This document shows positions 25,330 to 36,679 of a stretch of DNA of 64,000 bases, in pieces. Position 1 is the stretch's first letter. The number at the start of each line of letters is the position of its first letter. The stretch is from Ruditapes philippinarum (Eukaryota), in contig NW_026854050.1 in the NCBI RefSeq assembly GCF_026571515.1, forward strand, positions 1 through 64,000, read 5' to 3'. Both the position numbers and the translations under genes were made by a program. The notes beneath the pieces were generated by a model. The model did no database searches, was not told the DNA's origin, and worked only from the letters and a program-made list of their open reading frames with translations.

Positions 25330-25850
25330 CTGTCTCGGCTATTATCTATAATAACCTCGGAAACAATACGGATTGAAAGTAGTTCTACCACGTGGTTTCA
25401 GATGTAAACAGTAACAGAGATAATGTAAAACGAATGTATATATTTGACATCTTATGTCTGTTCCGGTATTCTTATGCTTGAAAATATGTCTGACAACAAT
25501 GTGTAATTTAAATATACCCACTGATGTTTAATTTTAAACAAATCCGACCAAATGTCAACAGGTTGGTTTTTCGTACTTTCGGTTTCTACAACCATAATAA
25601 TAAATTTATAAATAATGTATTGTTTGTTTTTTCACCTATGAATTCACTTATTTTGGTGGACTTTTACTACATATATTGGAGATAAACTTGTCAACAACTC
25701 CCAGCATTAAATTACTATTTGTTTACATGTTTAGTTTCTTAGCGTAGGTTAGACCGAAATACCGCATCCGTTCTGTGTATTCATACTAGCTATTGTGTTC
25801 GAGGTCCTTATACGAAGACTGACGGAAAGGGCCGAGTAGTTGCGATTGTA
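25330..25850 (+). repeat. Interspersed ~500-bp repeat, copy of 36680-37145
   Basis: Colinear matches TTCTACCACGTGGTTTCAGATGTAAACAG, TCAACAACTCCCAGCATTAAATT, GAGGTCCTTAT..ACGGAAAGGGCCGA. Confidence 0.75.
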
Positions 25851-26932
25851 TACAACCACCATGACGTGTAACTTGATTACAAAAATTACCGATCTATACT
25901 TAATTAAAATCAAATATAATTAATTTATTATCAATCACTGCACATATACTTATCATAAATGTCAAAAAAATCTAAATGTAAGCTGTTTTGAAAAAAAAAA
26001 TCATATTTCAACATCTATAATATTATAGATTTATAAATATAACAATATATTCTTTGAAATTTGTTGGTAGATGATAAAGGGTGAGTTTTTTCTTTCTGTA
26101 TTTCCACTTTCCATTTTCATTGTCAACCAATTTTTGTGTTAGTGCGTGGACACGTAGGCATGCTTTTTAGTTGCTATATACATGTACATGTATTCACTTC
26201 TTAATTGTGTATTGGCATGTAATAAAGTTTATAAATCAGGTCTAAACAATGACAAACGAAGAATAAAATCCAATCGGTCTGCCTTATGGAATTATTATAG
26301 CCGCGCACACGCGGCGTCTTTGCACGCGGCGTCTAGTAGAAATGCTTATGTCCATACAGCAATGGGAAAATTTTAGAGTTGATTTTGTGTATAATTTTTT
26401 TTCAACAAAAATCACACTGTTTTCATTCTTTTCTGATAAAAATAGCTTTTCTGATGTACAACATGACAAAGGGCTTTAAAGGATTAGAATAAACGTTTAA
26501 CTTTCAAAGTGATAGTGCCATGTTTGAATATCATATTCTCTTTATCATTATTGGAGAGGTCATCAGACCTCTCCATAGTGTTCAGACTGATTGCTGGCGG
26601 CATCCATTTTTGCGTATCTGATTTGCAGTGAATGAATATCATTTTAAGCGCAAAAGCATTAGGAGCAGTCTACAAAAATTGTTTTGCGCATGCCCCGTTT
26701 CAAAACACGGCTTAACTTAAACGAAAAATTAACATCGAAATGAACAAATCGGTACATAGAAAAATCGGAAAATATCATTTACGTTACTTAACACTAAGTG
26801 CATGGATGTTTCATTCCGTAACTGTATAAATCGATTACCGTATTGTTTTCTGAATAACGTTTTACTATTTCATGTTCTGATAAATAGTAACAGTGAACAT
26901 TATAGCTACAATATCACCATGCACTATATATA

Positions 26933-27099
26933 CCGCCTCCATGGTCGAGGGGTTAGAGTCGATGACTTTTAATCTAGTAAACTCTCTGGCGTGGGTTCGA
27001 TCCCCTGGAGATGCTTTTTTTGTTAGTTTAGCGCGGAGGAAGGTTGTCTAGTACTGGTGTAACTCTCCAGGAACGATGGTTAGGAAACTACCCGCCTAT
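26933..27099 (+). mobile_element. tRNA-SINE family A, 5' part (interrupted by the YR retrotransposon)
   Basis: Matches the 16786 copy up to ACTACCCGCCTAT and resumes at 32145. Confidence 0.9.
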
Positions 27100-27255
27100 A
27101 GTCTTAACATGCCTACTCACAAATAACATAACACAATGTTGCAGTGGGCAAGACTTCGATAGAACAAATACAAATGTTAGAGACTTGTTTAAATTCAAAT
27201 TCGAGAACGAATACAGAAATAGATCTAATAGTATACTTGTATATTAGACATATGT

Positions 27256-28296
27256 TTATAACATTAACGTCTTAGAAACAGACAATCTCTTTTGAATAGA
27301 ATCTTTTATGTATGAATCTTTAGCTAAATCAGACTTCCATCTTCCATGTCGCTTAAGGCAACGTTCTGAAACACCTTCTGCGTTCGCGACCGCGGAAGCT
27401 CCGCTTGCGCGTAATGAATGCGTACCCAAATTCATGTCTGGCGCGACTAATTTTAACTTGCTAACAATACATTCACGTGCGCGAGAGTAACTAAGCTTTT
27501 TGTCTTTCTTTAAAAGAAAACATCTCGAACCAGATCTGCACGCTGGACGAAACAAATACATATCCGAATTAGAACACAAACCGGCACAATTCATGTATCG
27601 TTGTAACATAGAAACCGGACACGCACTAGTGACCCCTTTAGCAATTACTACGTACTTGCCTTCTCGATATACATCTGTTTTGCTTTTCTTAACAAAAACC
27701 TCTATGTAATCAGCAAAAAATTTAACATCACAACATCGTAAATCACTAACTTCATTATATCTAAAGAAAGCAGCAAAACACAAAAGAATCATTGTTAAGT
27801 CTCTTAAAACTATAATGTCTTTTGTTGTTGAAAATAAGTCACAAAGCTTCACTAAATGTTCCGGCAATAAAACATCTTTCTTCTGTACAGGCTTAGAGTT
27901 TGTTCTTTTTGCACATTCAAGCATTCTAATCACAATGGCATTCTTTGTGGGATCAGTTAAATCGTTTATTTCATGTAACCACCTTATTGCGTAAAACGCT
28001 GCTGAAACAACAGTGTCAGATTTATGTAAATCTATTAACTCCGAAAGATACATCGCTACATGGATAGGAAAAGCTGGGTAAGCTTGAAATCCGTGTTTTG
28101 AACAAAACTCTTTAAATTGTTTAACATGTGAATAATACTTTGAAATAGTTCCATCCGCTCTGGAATGTAAAATTTGATCGGCCATCCTGCCCACTACATT
28201 ATCAATATTTCTCACTGGAACTCCGGCATCCAGAAATTGATTTTTCAGATTTCGTGTTAAGCCAACACCTGAAAATATATTAAGCATATTAAACAA
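27256..28296 (-). CDS. Tyrosine recombinase of the DIRS element (probable splice acceptor at 28269, exon from 28268)
   Basis: Catalytic residues in FFRYNE (R), KSKTD (K), HSLR (HxxR), HGRW and the terminal SYI (Y); N-terminal SAM-like region. Confidence 0.95.
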   Translation of the reverse strand: MFNMLNIFSGVGLTRNLKNQFLDAGVPVRNIDNVVGRMADQILHSRADGTISKYYSHVKQFKEFCSKHGFQAYPAFPIHVAMYLSELIDLHKSDTVVSAAFYAIRWLHEINDLTDPTKNAIVIRMLECAKRTNSKPVQKKDVLLPEHLVKLCDLFSTTKDIIVLRDLTMILLCFAAFFRYNEVSDLRCCDVKFFADYIEVFVKKSKTDVYREGKYVVIAKGVTSACPVSMLQRYMNCAGLCSNSDMYLFRPACRSGSRCFLLKKDKKLSYSRARECIVSKLKLVAPDMNLGTHSLRASGASAVANAEGVSERCLKRHGRWKSDLAKDSYIKDSIQKRLSVSKTLML

Positions 28297-28349
28297 TCTT
28301 GAAAATTGACTGTACTATACGTTTTTTATCTGTTAAATATTTAAATCTT

Positions 28350-31300
28350 TTAGCTGGTACAGTCGCACCGCAATGCCATCATTCTGAAAGAAAACGGTTC
28401 TTTGCTGAAAACACCGTTGTTTCCCTTGCCTCTACAAACTGCGCCTGTAAAGGGTAACACAAATGTATTTTTAATGAAATCTTTAAATTGTCCCTGTGTA
28501 TCTACCAATAAAGGCCAAAATGGTGCAGACTTCCACTTTGGAACAATAAGTGTACCAATACACTTCTCTATTTCCAGTTTTACTATCGTCTTAGCAACGT
28601 TGCTTGGTGGTGGTACCAACCAATTATTTTCATTCTTCCACACCTGATCAAAACAATTAATACCCTCTGTACCAGGTACCCACCATTTTGAATTAAATCT
28701 CCGACACTTGCAATTATAGTGTGTAGCAAATCGGTCTACAGTGTGTGGACCCCACATTTTATCTAAATACTGAAATACATGATTGCTTATATACCAGTCA
28801 TCTGAGTCTAAACATCTACTTAAATGATCAGCTCTACTATTTAACGAACGAGGAATCCAGTCAACGACAAATGTAATTTGATTCTCATCACATGTTCTGT
28901 GAAAATCTAAGCAAGTTTCATGTAATTGCTCGACATTACTACCTGATTGAAGGATAAACTTTAAATTTTTGTTATCAGTAAAAAATTTGATACTCTTATC
29001 ACGTAGTTTCGGAAGATTACTTAACAACATCCTATACATTGCCTCTAATTCTCTCCATGTAGAACTACTTTTTATTTCTTGCGCATGCCATGCGCCAACT
29101 AAATGTGATACTTTCCCTCTAACACTGAACCCTTGATCATGTTCGTAATCTGCATAACGATCTGAAAATTCATACAAATCACTATCATACATACAATGCC
29201 CATCTAAAACATTATTTTTGAAAAAATGGTCCGTTTCCGGGAACCCACTAAAACGACAGCTCACTTCCGGGAGCCCGTCTATCCTCGTGTCATATACTAA
29301 AGACACGGAACTTGAGATCACTTCCGGTGAATCTATATTAGCGTCCTCTTCCGGGGACGATATTGTAATGTCCATTACATGAGTCTTGCAGTTCAAGACT
29401 TTTACCCTTGACAAATTCAAGTCCACTTCCGGGGACTTATTTCTTAAGTCTTCTACTGAAGACTTGTGGTTTAAACATTTTACCTTGCATGCTTTGTTCG
29501 AATCCAGCTCCCAGGATTCCTTGATTGAGTCTACCTCCGGAGACTTAATGTTTACTTCTTTTGCGGGCACCAGGTTCGAATTTATTACTTTCTTAAAATC
29601 TTTACTTCCAGTCTCAAAATTTTGGGCATACTTACTTCCTGAACTTACTTCCTTACTATCAAATGTATTCACAAACTCAATATACCCACCGTAGCCCAAT
29701 CTACTTGCATCTGTAAACACGACTGCATCAACTACTAACTTTTCTTTCCAGATTTTACCTTTTTTGTTCATACCCGACGCATTTTCTCGCCAAAACAACA
29801 ATTCTTGTAAAGCTTTGTCTGTCACACTTACTTTGCTATTCCAACTTGTTCTATTTTCTATACACTTATGCAAATACCTCGTTTTGCGACAAACCACTGT
29901 CCCCATGACACTAAGCAGTGATATCACCTGGCCTACAACTGAGGCTAAAGATCTCACCTGAATAAGTTGTGTATTTTCAGCCCTGAGCATTAACAACAAA
30001 ACATCTATAGATGATTCGAGACGTTTAATTCTCTCACAACTGATAAACAATCTATTCGACAAAAATTTTAAATCATGCCCCAACCAGCTAGCATGTTGAG
30101 ACGGTAACCAATTACATTTTTCTTGAGCTATCAAAAATCCCAATTCATTTAACGTTTTCTGAATGAACAAACTTGAAATGTTAGCTTGCTGAAAATCCGC
30201 ATTACCTCCAATGCCGTCGTCTAAAAACATAACGACTTTGTGACCTAAAGATCGCCAAAATTTTACTACACACCTTAATAATTTTGTGAAAATATGACCT
30301 GCGGTTGCTATGCCAAAAGGGAGGACGTTAAACATATAATATTTTGTTTTACCCTTAGATGTCCAAGAAAAACCTAAAAAAGTTCTATGTTTTGAAAAAA
30401 TTTCTACATGATGATAAGCGCTTTTTAAATCAAATGTATATACATAACTGGATATGTCAAACAGCTGTTGAGCGACTTTAATGTCTTCAAATTTAATTTT
30501 GAACAAATGTAAACAAGGGTTGATGTGCCTACAATCTAAAACTAATCTAGGCTTACCAGTTTTACTGTAAGCGACTGTTAAAGGGTTAATTATTCTTGGT
30601 TTATTCTGAACCTGTGAGATAACACATTTGCTCAATAAAGAGCTTATTTCTGATTCTACAAAATCTGGATTTTCTCTTGAAGACTTGTTATTTTTTAAAT
30701 ATATATCCGGGGGCGTTTCTCTAAAGGGTAGCCTATATCCATTTTCTACAACGTCAAGTAAATAACTATCTGAAGTGATTTTTCTCCAGTATTCTAAAGA
30801 TTCCTTAAGACGCCCTTTTGGCGATAAACCATTAATACTAAAATTACTTACATGATTTTTATCCTTTTCAGCAATAGTAGAAATTTCACATTGATCAACA
30901 TTATTGCAAATATAATTCTTACCGAAAATTGCTGGATAATCGTTACTATGACAACCAGACTTCAAGTTACTAGCTTCTCTACAATCTAAAGAATCAACAT
31001 TTAACGTGGTATCTAACATAATACCCTCTCTCTGGACAGAAAGTCCGTTGTCAACCATACAGTCTTGCGACTTTTCATCACAAAAAATATGACAATTAGA
31101 AACACTTAACTTATTGTTAGGACGCCTGTTTTGCTGACAGTCTGCCTTCCAGTGTCCAAAATCCCCGCAGGTATAACATGCTCCTGTACGCTGAGTCTGT
31201 CCTGTAGAACCCATAGAACGCTGAGGCTGACTAGTCGTCTGTTCCCCCGTGTTGACTCGTCTACGATAAGGCAAATTCCTTATTCTCGCCTTCTTGACCT

Positions 31301-31471
31301 TATCCGCCTTAGCCTTCCTATTCGCCCTGGCCTCCGCTTTGTAAATGCGCTTCTCGTCTTCACTGCCAGACGCAATTGGATTCGACTCATACTCCGCCAC
31401 GAGGCGCCAACCCAGCTCAGAACCATCAGCCAGTTGAATTAACTTCTGCCTCCGTTTTATAAGGTCTTTTG
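28350..31471 (-). CDS. gag C-terminus + CCHC zinc knuckle + reverse transcriptase + RNase H + Dam-like methyltransferase, in one frame
   Basis: gag RQKLIQLAD..GWRLVAEY; CYTCGDFGHWKADC; RT FDLKSAYHH, LPFG, FLDDG; RNase H FTDAS, WRELEA, FTDN, WIPRSLNSRAD; MT WGPHTVDRFA..WLVPP. Confidence 0.93.
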
Positions 31472-31659
31472 CTAAATAAAAATAAAGCATTTCAATTATA
31501 CTGTACATAACTCTTTGCAAATATTTTATACATGCATTCAATACACATTTACTGTTACATCGAGTCCATACTATGTTTACATAGTGCATACCTTAGACTA
31601 CACTGATCAGGCCACGCAAATTTATAAAATTGGTTACGAACGAAATGAAAAAATGTTAC

Positions 31660-31948
31660 CTTCTATAACTGAAACTCGTGCTCTATCGATATCTTGTGAA
31701 GACAAAGATGTGCTAACATCTTCTAATTTAGCCATTACTTTAGCATTATGTCTGTATTGCTCGTCATTACTCTTCCTTTTAAGTTTTGGTTTTTCTTGAA
31801 TATCAGAACAAGAAGGAATTGGAACACTTATCTTATTTATCATGCCCTCAATATTTTTCAACAGCTGCTCATTATTCTCCTTCAATGCTGACTGCACCTT
31901 GTCTTCAATAATCCCCTCCATTCCATCCATCCTGTCGTCGTCAGACAT
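31660..31948 (-). CDS. gag exon 1 of the DIRS element
   Basis: MSDDDR..KRKSNDEQYRHNAKV..VIE-G|gtaac; joins in frame to tttag|CA AAA GAC at 31471. Confidence 0.85.
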
Positions 31949-32144
31949 TTTCAAAATAAAGCCTAATAAAATTTACGCCTTGAAAGGACAGAAGTCAAGC
32001 CTAGAATGAAAACCCGCTCTGTTTTGCCGCCAAATACAGCCTAATACCACGTGACCGTTATGCACAAATGACTCGCGCATTTGTGAATCCCGCCATGTTA
32101 AGACATATGTTCTGTACTATACTATGTAACGTACAGAACTTTCA

Positions 32145-32191
32145 ATGACTAAAATACTGTTTGGAAAAGGCGTACAATGAAACAAACAAAC
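32145..32191 (+). mobile_element. tRNA-SINE family A, 3' remainder after the YR element
   Basis: ATGACTAAAATACTGTTTGGAAAAGGCGTACAATGAAACAAACAAAC matches the tail of the 16786 copy. Confidence 0.9.
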
Positions 32192-33651
32192 ATATTATAT
32201 GACCGAGTGAACCGTGTATTGAACCGGTATATCTAAATAACGCAAAGGGAGATTTTTTGGCGCAAATGGCACAAATTTTATCTCAAGTTTGATTTTCTTT
32301 TAATATTGTGGTTGGAGGCATGCAGCTTTATATACTGTTTATTCCAATAAACAGTATATAACAGTATATAACAGTATTTACTGTTTATTCCAATCAAATA
32401 TCAACATTTTTTATGTAAACTTGTTTGATTAACATACTTTATACTCGTTTTGGAAAATGTAGAGGAAATGCTTCCTTATATTTAACAAACCAGTGACCGA
32501 AAATTTGCTTATTGAACTTTACAAGAAACTTTTATTTTGAAAATACTTTTAATATAGATATATTTTTTCTAGTTTAAAATACAAATGTAAATGATATAAA
32601 TCATTTAATTTACATAAAGTAATTTTACAATTTTTTTTTGTAGAAAAAGTATCCCTAATGCGCCAAGAAAAAAGTCCATTTCTCCGGCATATAATCTTTT
32701 AAAACATTAAAAAAGATGAAATGTAAAACAAACTTTCATTGCAATATATATAATAAATTCTATTTTGTTTAATAATTGTAATTTATAAGCATTCATTGTG
32801 TTTGTTATGCAAAAATATCCCCAAATATTTTCGAATGAAACAAATTTTCCACAGCAGCAAAAAGACCTCTCGCATGCTTCTTTTTAAAGAAGCAAACTTG
32901 TCTAATTTTCTACATAATTGAGCTCGCCGTTGAGAGAGGTAACGACTGAGGCAGTGTCACTCACTTCATTTGCTCCGCCTCTGCTGAAGTTCAGATCCGC
33001 CTTAAATTGTCGCCAAATTTAATATGGTACGCCGTATGCTAGTATTTAGTATTCGTTGACGGGGAGGAAACCAGAACAACTTTGATCAATATCACTTGTC
33101 GAATCGTTAAATTACAAGTTACTAAGCCTAAACCACGCCCAGTATCAGATAGGCGGTTCTTCCTTAACCGCCAAACTATGTGCACCGGTTACGCTCCGGC
33201 CAGTAAGGCGAGATCACTGCAGAACAGTTCGTCCTCAAAATCATTCGACCATTATGCAATTCATACCAATATTAAAATGGACATATTCTCGGCACATATT
33301 GACTTGAATTTATTTTAAGTATACCAATCATTTCAATTTTACTTGTTATCCAATTTATTATGCTTCGACCAGACGTTTCAATCTTTGTCGCAACAGACAA
33401 ACATTTCAGAATTTCAGACATGGCATTTCTTTGTGAATAATTTTATGCATTAGGTTCTACTTTTTCACAAAATATGCAACTTATCATTATTAACAGCGAG
33501 CACATTCAAAGAACATGGAGAACAAATTGAATTGTGCTTCGGATATTCAACTGTAATAGAGAACGAGTTTCAATGCTGATTGAATGTTCACATCATTTTG
33601 CGGCGTCTTTGATGTGCAGCATCAACATTTAACTTGTAAATATTTATAATG

Positions 33652-34240
33652 GGCCAGTTACACAGACGGTCGGTCCAAAATCGGTCATTTAATTTTAGAT
33701 TTACTCGCTGTTATGATCGGTTGTCATGCGTGATTTTATTTCTGGTTTTCTGTGTAAACGGCCATAGGTGACAGAAAGCAAACTGAAACGGGGTTGGATC
33801 GGTGATAAAAGTGCTGAAATACTATCGGTTTTTATCGTTTGTAAATCGAAGCTAAATCGGGCGTAACGCTGATTAATCGGTGTTCGATAGCTAGTCCATC
33901 AGTGGTTTAACTCGTCAGATATGGCCGGTGATTCTTTTTTGGTTATTTTTGTCCGATCGGCGACATCGGTGATTAGGAGCTCGCATATCTCGTGATATAG
34001 GTTGCTGTCGGTTATTTCTAAAAAAAATTTCACCGATCCTGAGATTTTTAAACATGTTTAAAAATCCCAATCGGTAATTTTTCACCGATAAAACTTATCT
34101 TTCCCCAATAGCAGTTGATAGGTGAAAAACAGGTGGCCAATAGGTGATATCGGTGTTAAATACGTTGTCATCGGTTCACTCTATATTTTGGCTAAAAAAA
34201 AACTACCGATCAATCACCGATGGCTCTGTGTAACTGGGGT
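33652..34240. mobile_element. Degenerate TIR element (possibly PIF/Harbinger-like MITE)
   Basis: CCAGTTACACAGA ... TCTGTGTAACTGG inverted ends and many internal ATCGGT/ACCGAT motifs; TSD unclear. Confidence 0.55.
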
Positions 34241-34447
34241 GTTATTATGGCACGATAGCGTTATGAATCAACAGTAATGTTTACATGACGCCGCTTGTTT
34301 CCCATGTAAGTATTTCTGTTTAATGCGGCACGTTTGTAACGTAGCTTTTCATTGGATAATCGTCACGTTTATATTATTAGTTATAAAGATTTTTGACAGG
34401 TTATATGGCCCTATATAAACGATTGTTTGGAAATATAATCCGAGGTT

Positions 34448-34740
34448 GCCAGCCCGCATAGCTCAATCGGTTAGAGCGCGATACTTGTAATCTCGACATT
34501 GCGGGTTCGATTCCCGGGCTGGCCAACTAAAATTACTAATCAGTCTTTCGGATGACATTTTAAATCGAGGTTCCGTGTATGAGTGCTTAAACACTTGCCA
34601 TGCTAAAGAAGCAAAAGCTTCTGGAATTGGGGCATCTTTCTGTATCTGTATCTTGCACTATCCTCCAAAAAATATAAAATGACTTATACTCTTCTGGAGG
34701 ACTCGCCCATATGGTCAACCGGCGGCGAGTATAAATAAAC
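34448..34740 (+). mobile_element. tRNA-derived SINE with Meta-type core
   Basis: A box TAGCTCAATCGG and B box GGTTCGATTCC, followed by GTCTTTCGGATGAC..AAATCGAGGTTCCGTGT, which resembles the Meta-SINE core from memory. Confidence 0.7.
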
Positions 34741-35062
34741 TCAATTACACACAAAATAACGTTTGCCGCTAGAAAGAAGGAAGTTTATTTTTTGTATTAA
34801 AGACGTATTTTGATACCGAAAATTCGTTTTGGGCTTGATTTAATGGTAAATATCAACATCGTTCGCAATTGTCAACAAATGCTAGTACACTTCATCGCCA
34901 ATTTAACAAAAAGTATTCAATTTGCAGAAAAAAATCAAATACTGCTTAAAAACCAGACATATTTAGCTTCACAAAAGTGTTTAGTTTGGAAAAATCGATT
35001 AAGTTATGATACGTTGCAACATTACCTCCGGTGAACTCGACGTAAACCTTTTTACTTTCGTT

Positions 35063-35308
35063 CATAGGCACTTGATGGCAAAATTTTATTTTTATCTACT
35101 ACCCGTTGTGACCGACTCTCCGCCGTGAATTTTATAGATTTCTAAACTTTTATTAATAACTCAAACACTTATTAAATCAATAAAAATCTACCGCCAAAGT
35201 AGATTTTTTATTGATTTGATAAGTGTTTGAGTTATTTATAAAAGTTTATAAAATTCACGGCAGATAGTCGGTCACAATGAATTAAAATGTTGCCATCAAG
35301 TGTCTATG
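35063..35308. mobile_element. 246-bp fully palindromic MITE (CATAG termini, ~8-bp TSD; P-element-like)
   Basis: CATAGGCACTTGATGGCAA / TTGCCATCAAGTGTCTATG; arms pair up to a 7-nt loop; flanks CTTTCGTT / TTTTCGTT. Confidence 0.75.
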
Positions 35309-35634
35309 TTTTCGTTTTCTACGTTTCGAGGGGCAGATGTACAACAGTGATGTAACACAAGTGTAATTCAAAGCTATACAAAAAAATATTTTAATTAATT
35401 TCATATCGAGTTAATTATCATACAAAATAAATTTGAATGTTTAAAAAAATACAAATCACATAAGAAGAAAATATACATTAGTTACGATAATTAATCCAAA
35501 TAATTTGTATTTATTTTCAATTGTAAATTTCAAATTACAGACGACAATAATATGCATTCATAATGACGAGTGATGTTTGTCGAAATTTGCAACCAGTATG
35601 AATGTATATTATATAAATTAAGATTGAAGAAACA

Positions 35635-35822
35635 AGATTGTGTGTTTGGGTTTACGTCGCAACAATACTGTAGAGGTCATATTGCGACTTTCCAGCTTTG
35701 TGGAGGAAGACCTCTGGACCCCTCCGGGCATTATTATAGACACAAGCGGGATTCGAACCTATAACGGGGAGGGGCAAGTGGTTTGAAGTCAACGACCTTA
35801 ATCACTCCGCTGCGGACACTCC
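35635..35822 (-). mobile_element. tRNA-SINE family C, internally deleted copy
   Basis: Reverse complement of the head and tail of the 50813-51060 SINE. Confidence 0.65.
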
Positions 35823-36679
35823 AACTGAAGAAGAAATCGGACTTTATTTCTGCATTTTTTGAGATGAACAATCTACAGAAAATACTCAGTGAGTAAGAGT
35901 TTTAATTACAATCAGTCCGCTCAACCTCTTAAGTTAAGGAACATTCGGAACACCTGGAAGATAATAAAGGGGCTAAAAGTTGCGGATCAGGTGTACAATA
36001 AGTTCCAGTTACAGAACAGACTGTTTTAGTCCAGAACGTTTGCAAGCTCATGTATTATTTTTACTTTTTTATTATTATTTACTACATTTGTACAATTAAA
36101 ATAGATCTCCGTTTTATACAAAAAGTGAAAGAAATGTATTTTATCGTCTTTATCGTCCAAAGACTCCTCTCGGAATACAAAAAAGAAACTGACCCTTTTC
36201 TATAGAAAATATCAGAGGCCTAACATACTTTTTATAGAACCATACTAATCATTCTAAACCTTTCAGATTTTGGTTCAGAAGATACACACAGCTAGTTGAC
36301 ACGTGAATTGGGGATTTTGTGCCACGCCTACAATTCATTATCAGCGAGGAGGCGGAGTTCGGGGCTGATCTGTGAGCTGGAGAAGGCGGGGTTCTGACGG
36401 GGTTGTAATTGTTCACAGTGAGGGATGTGGCAAAAAATTCCAATTTTGGAATGCATGTGGGTGCATCACCAAGCCTGGGTATTTGCTGAAAATAAACAAA
36501 TAATAAATATCAGTATTTGTTTTACACTAAAAGTGTGTCCACCAAGTATATTTATTTCTGTTGAAATACTTATTTCTGTTGAAATACTTCACAGAACCAG
36601 TACAAAAAACTTAGGACATGATCATCAAAGCTTGCAACATTTAACTTTTTATCATGATAACAATTGTTAAGCGGAACAT

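Larger units (their letters stand above)
27100..32144 (-). mobile_element. Intact DIRS-group tyrosine-recombinase retrotransposon (gag, RT, RNase H, DNA adenine methyltransferase-like domain, YR)
   Basis: Coding domains listed below. Flanks rejoin to the SINE empty site CCTATATGACT seen in two other copies. No TSD beyond one ambiguous A, as expected for YR integration. Confidence 0.95.

Noticed and set aside
27256-28800. Phage integrase plus Dam methylase as bacterial contamination or a restriction-modification system
   Set aside because: Both are standard DIRS domains, contiguous with gag/RT/RNase H and embedded in a eukaryotic SINE.
31472-31589. N-terminus MHYVNIV.. of the 1079-aa ORF
   Set aside because: It lies within the predicted gag intron; gag homology starts only at the acceptor.
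34448-34525. Possible tRNA-Thr(TGT) gene
   Set aside because: The acceptor and anticodon stems pair poorly, and the sequence continues directly into a SINE core, so it is a SINE head.
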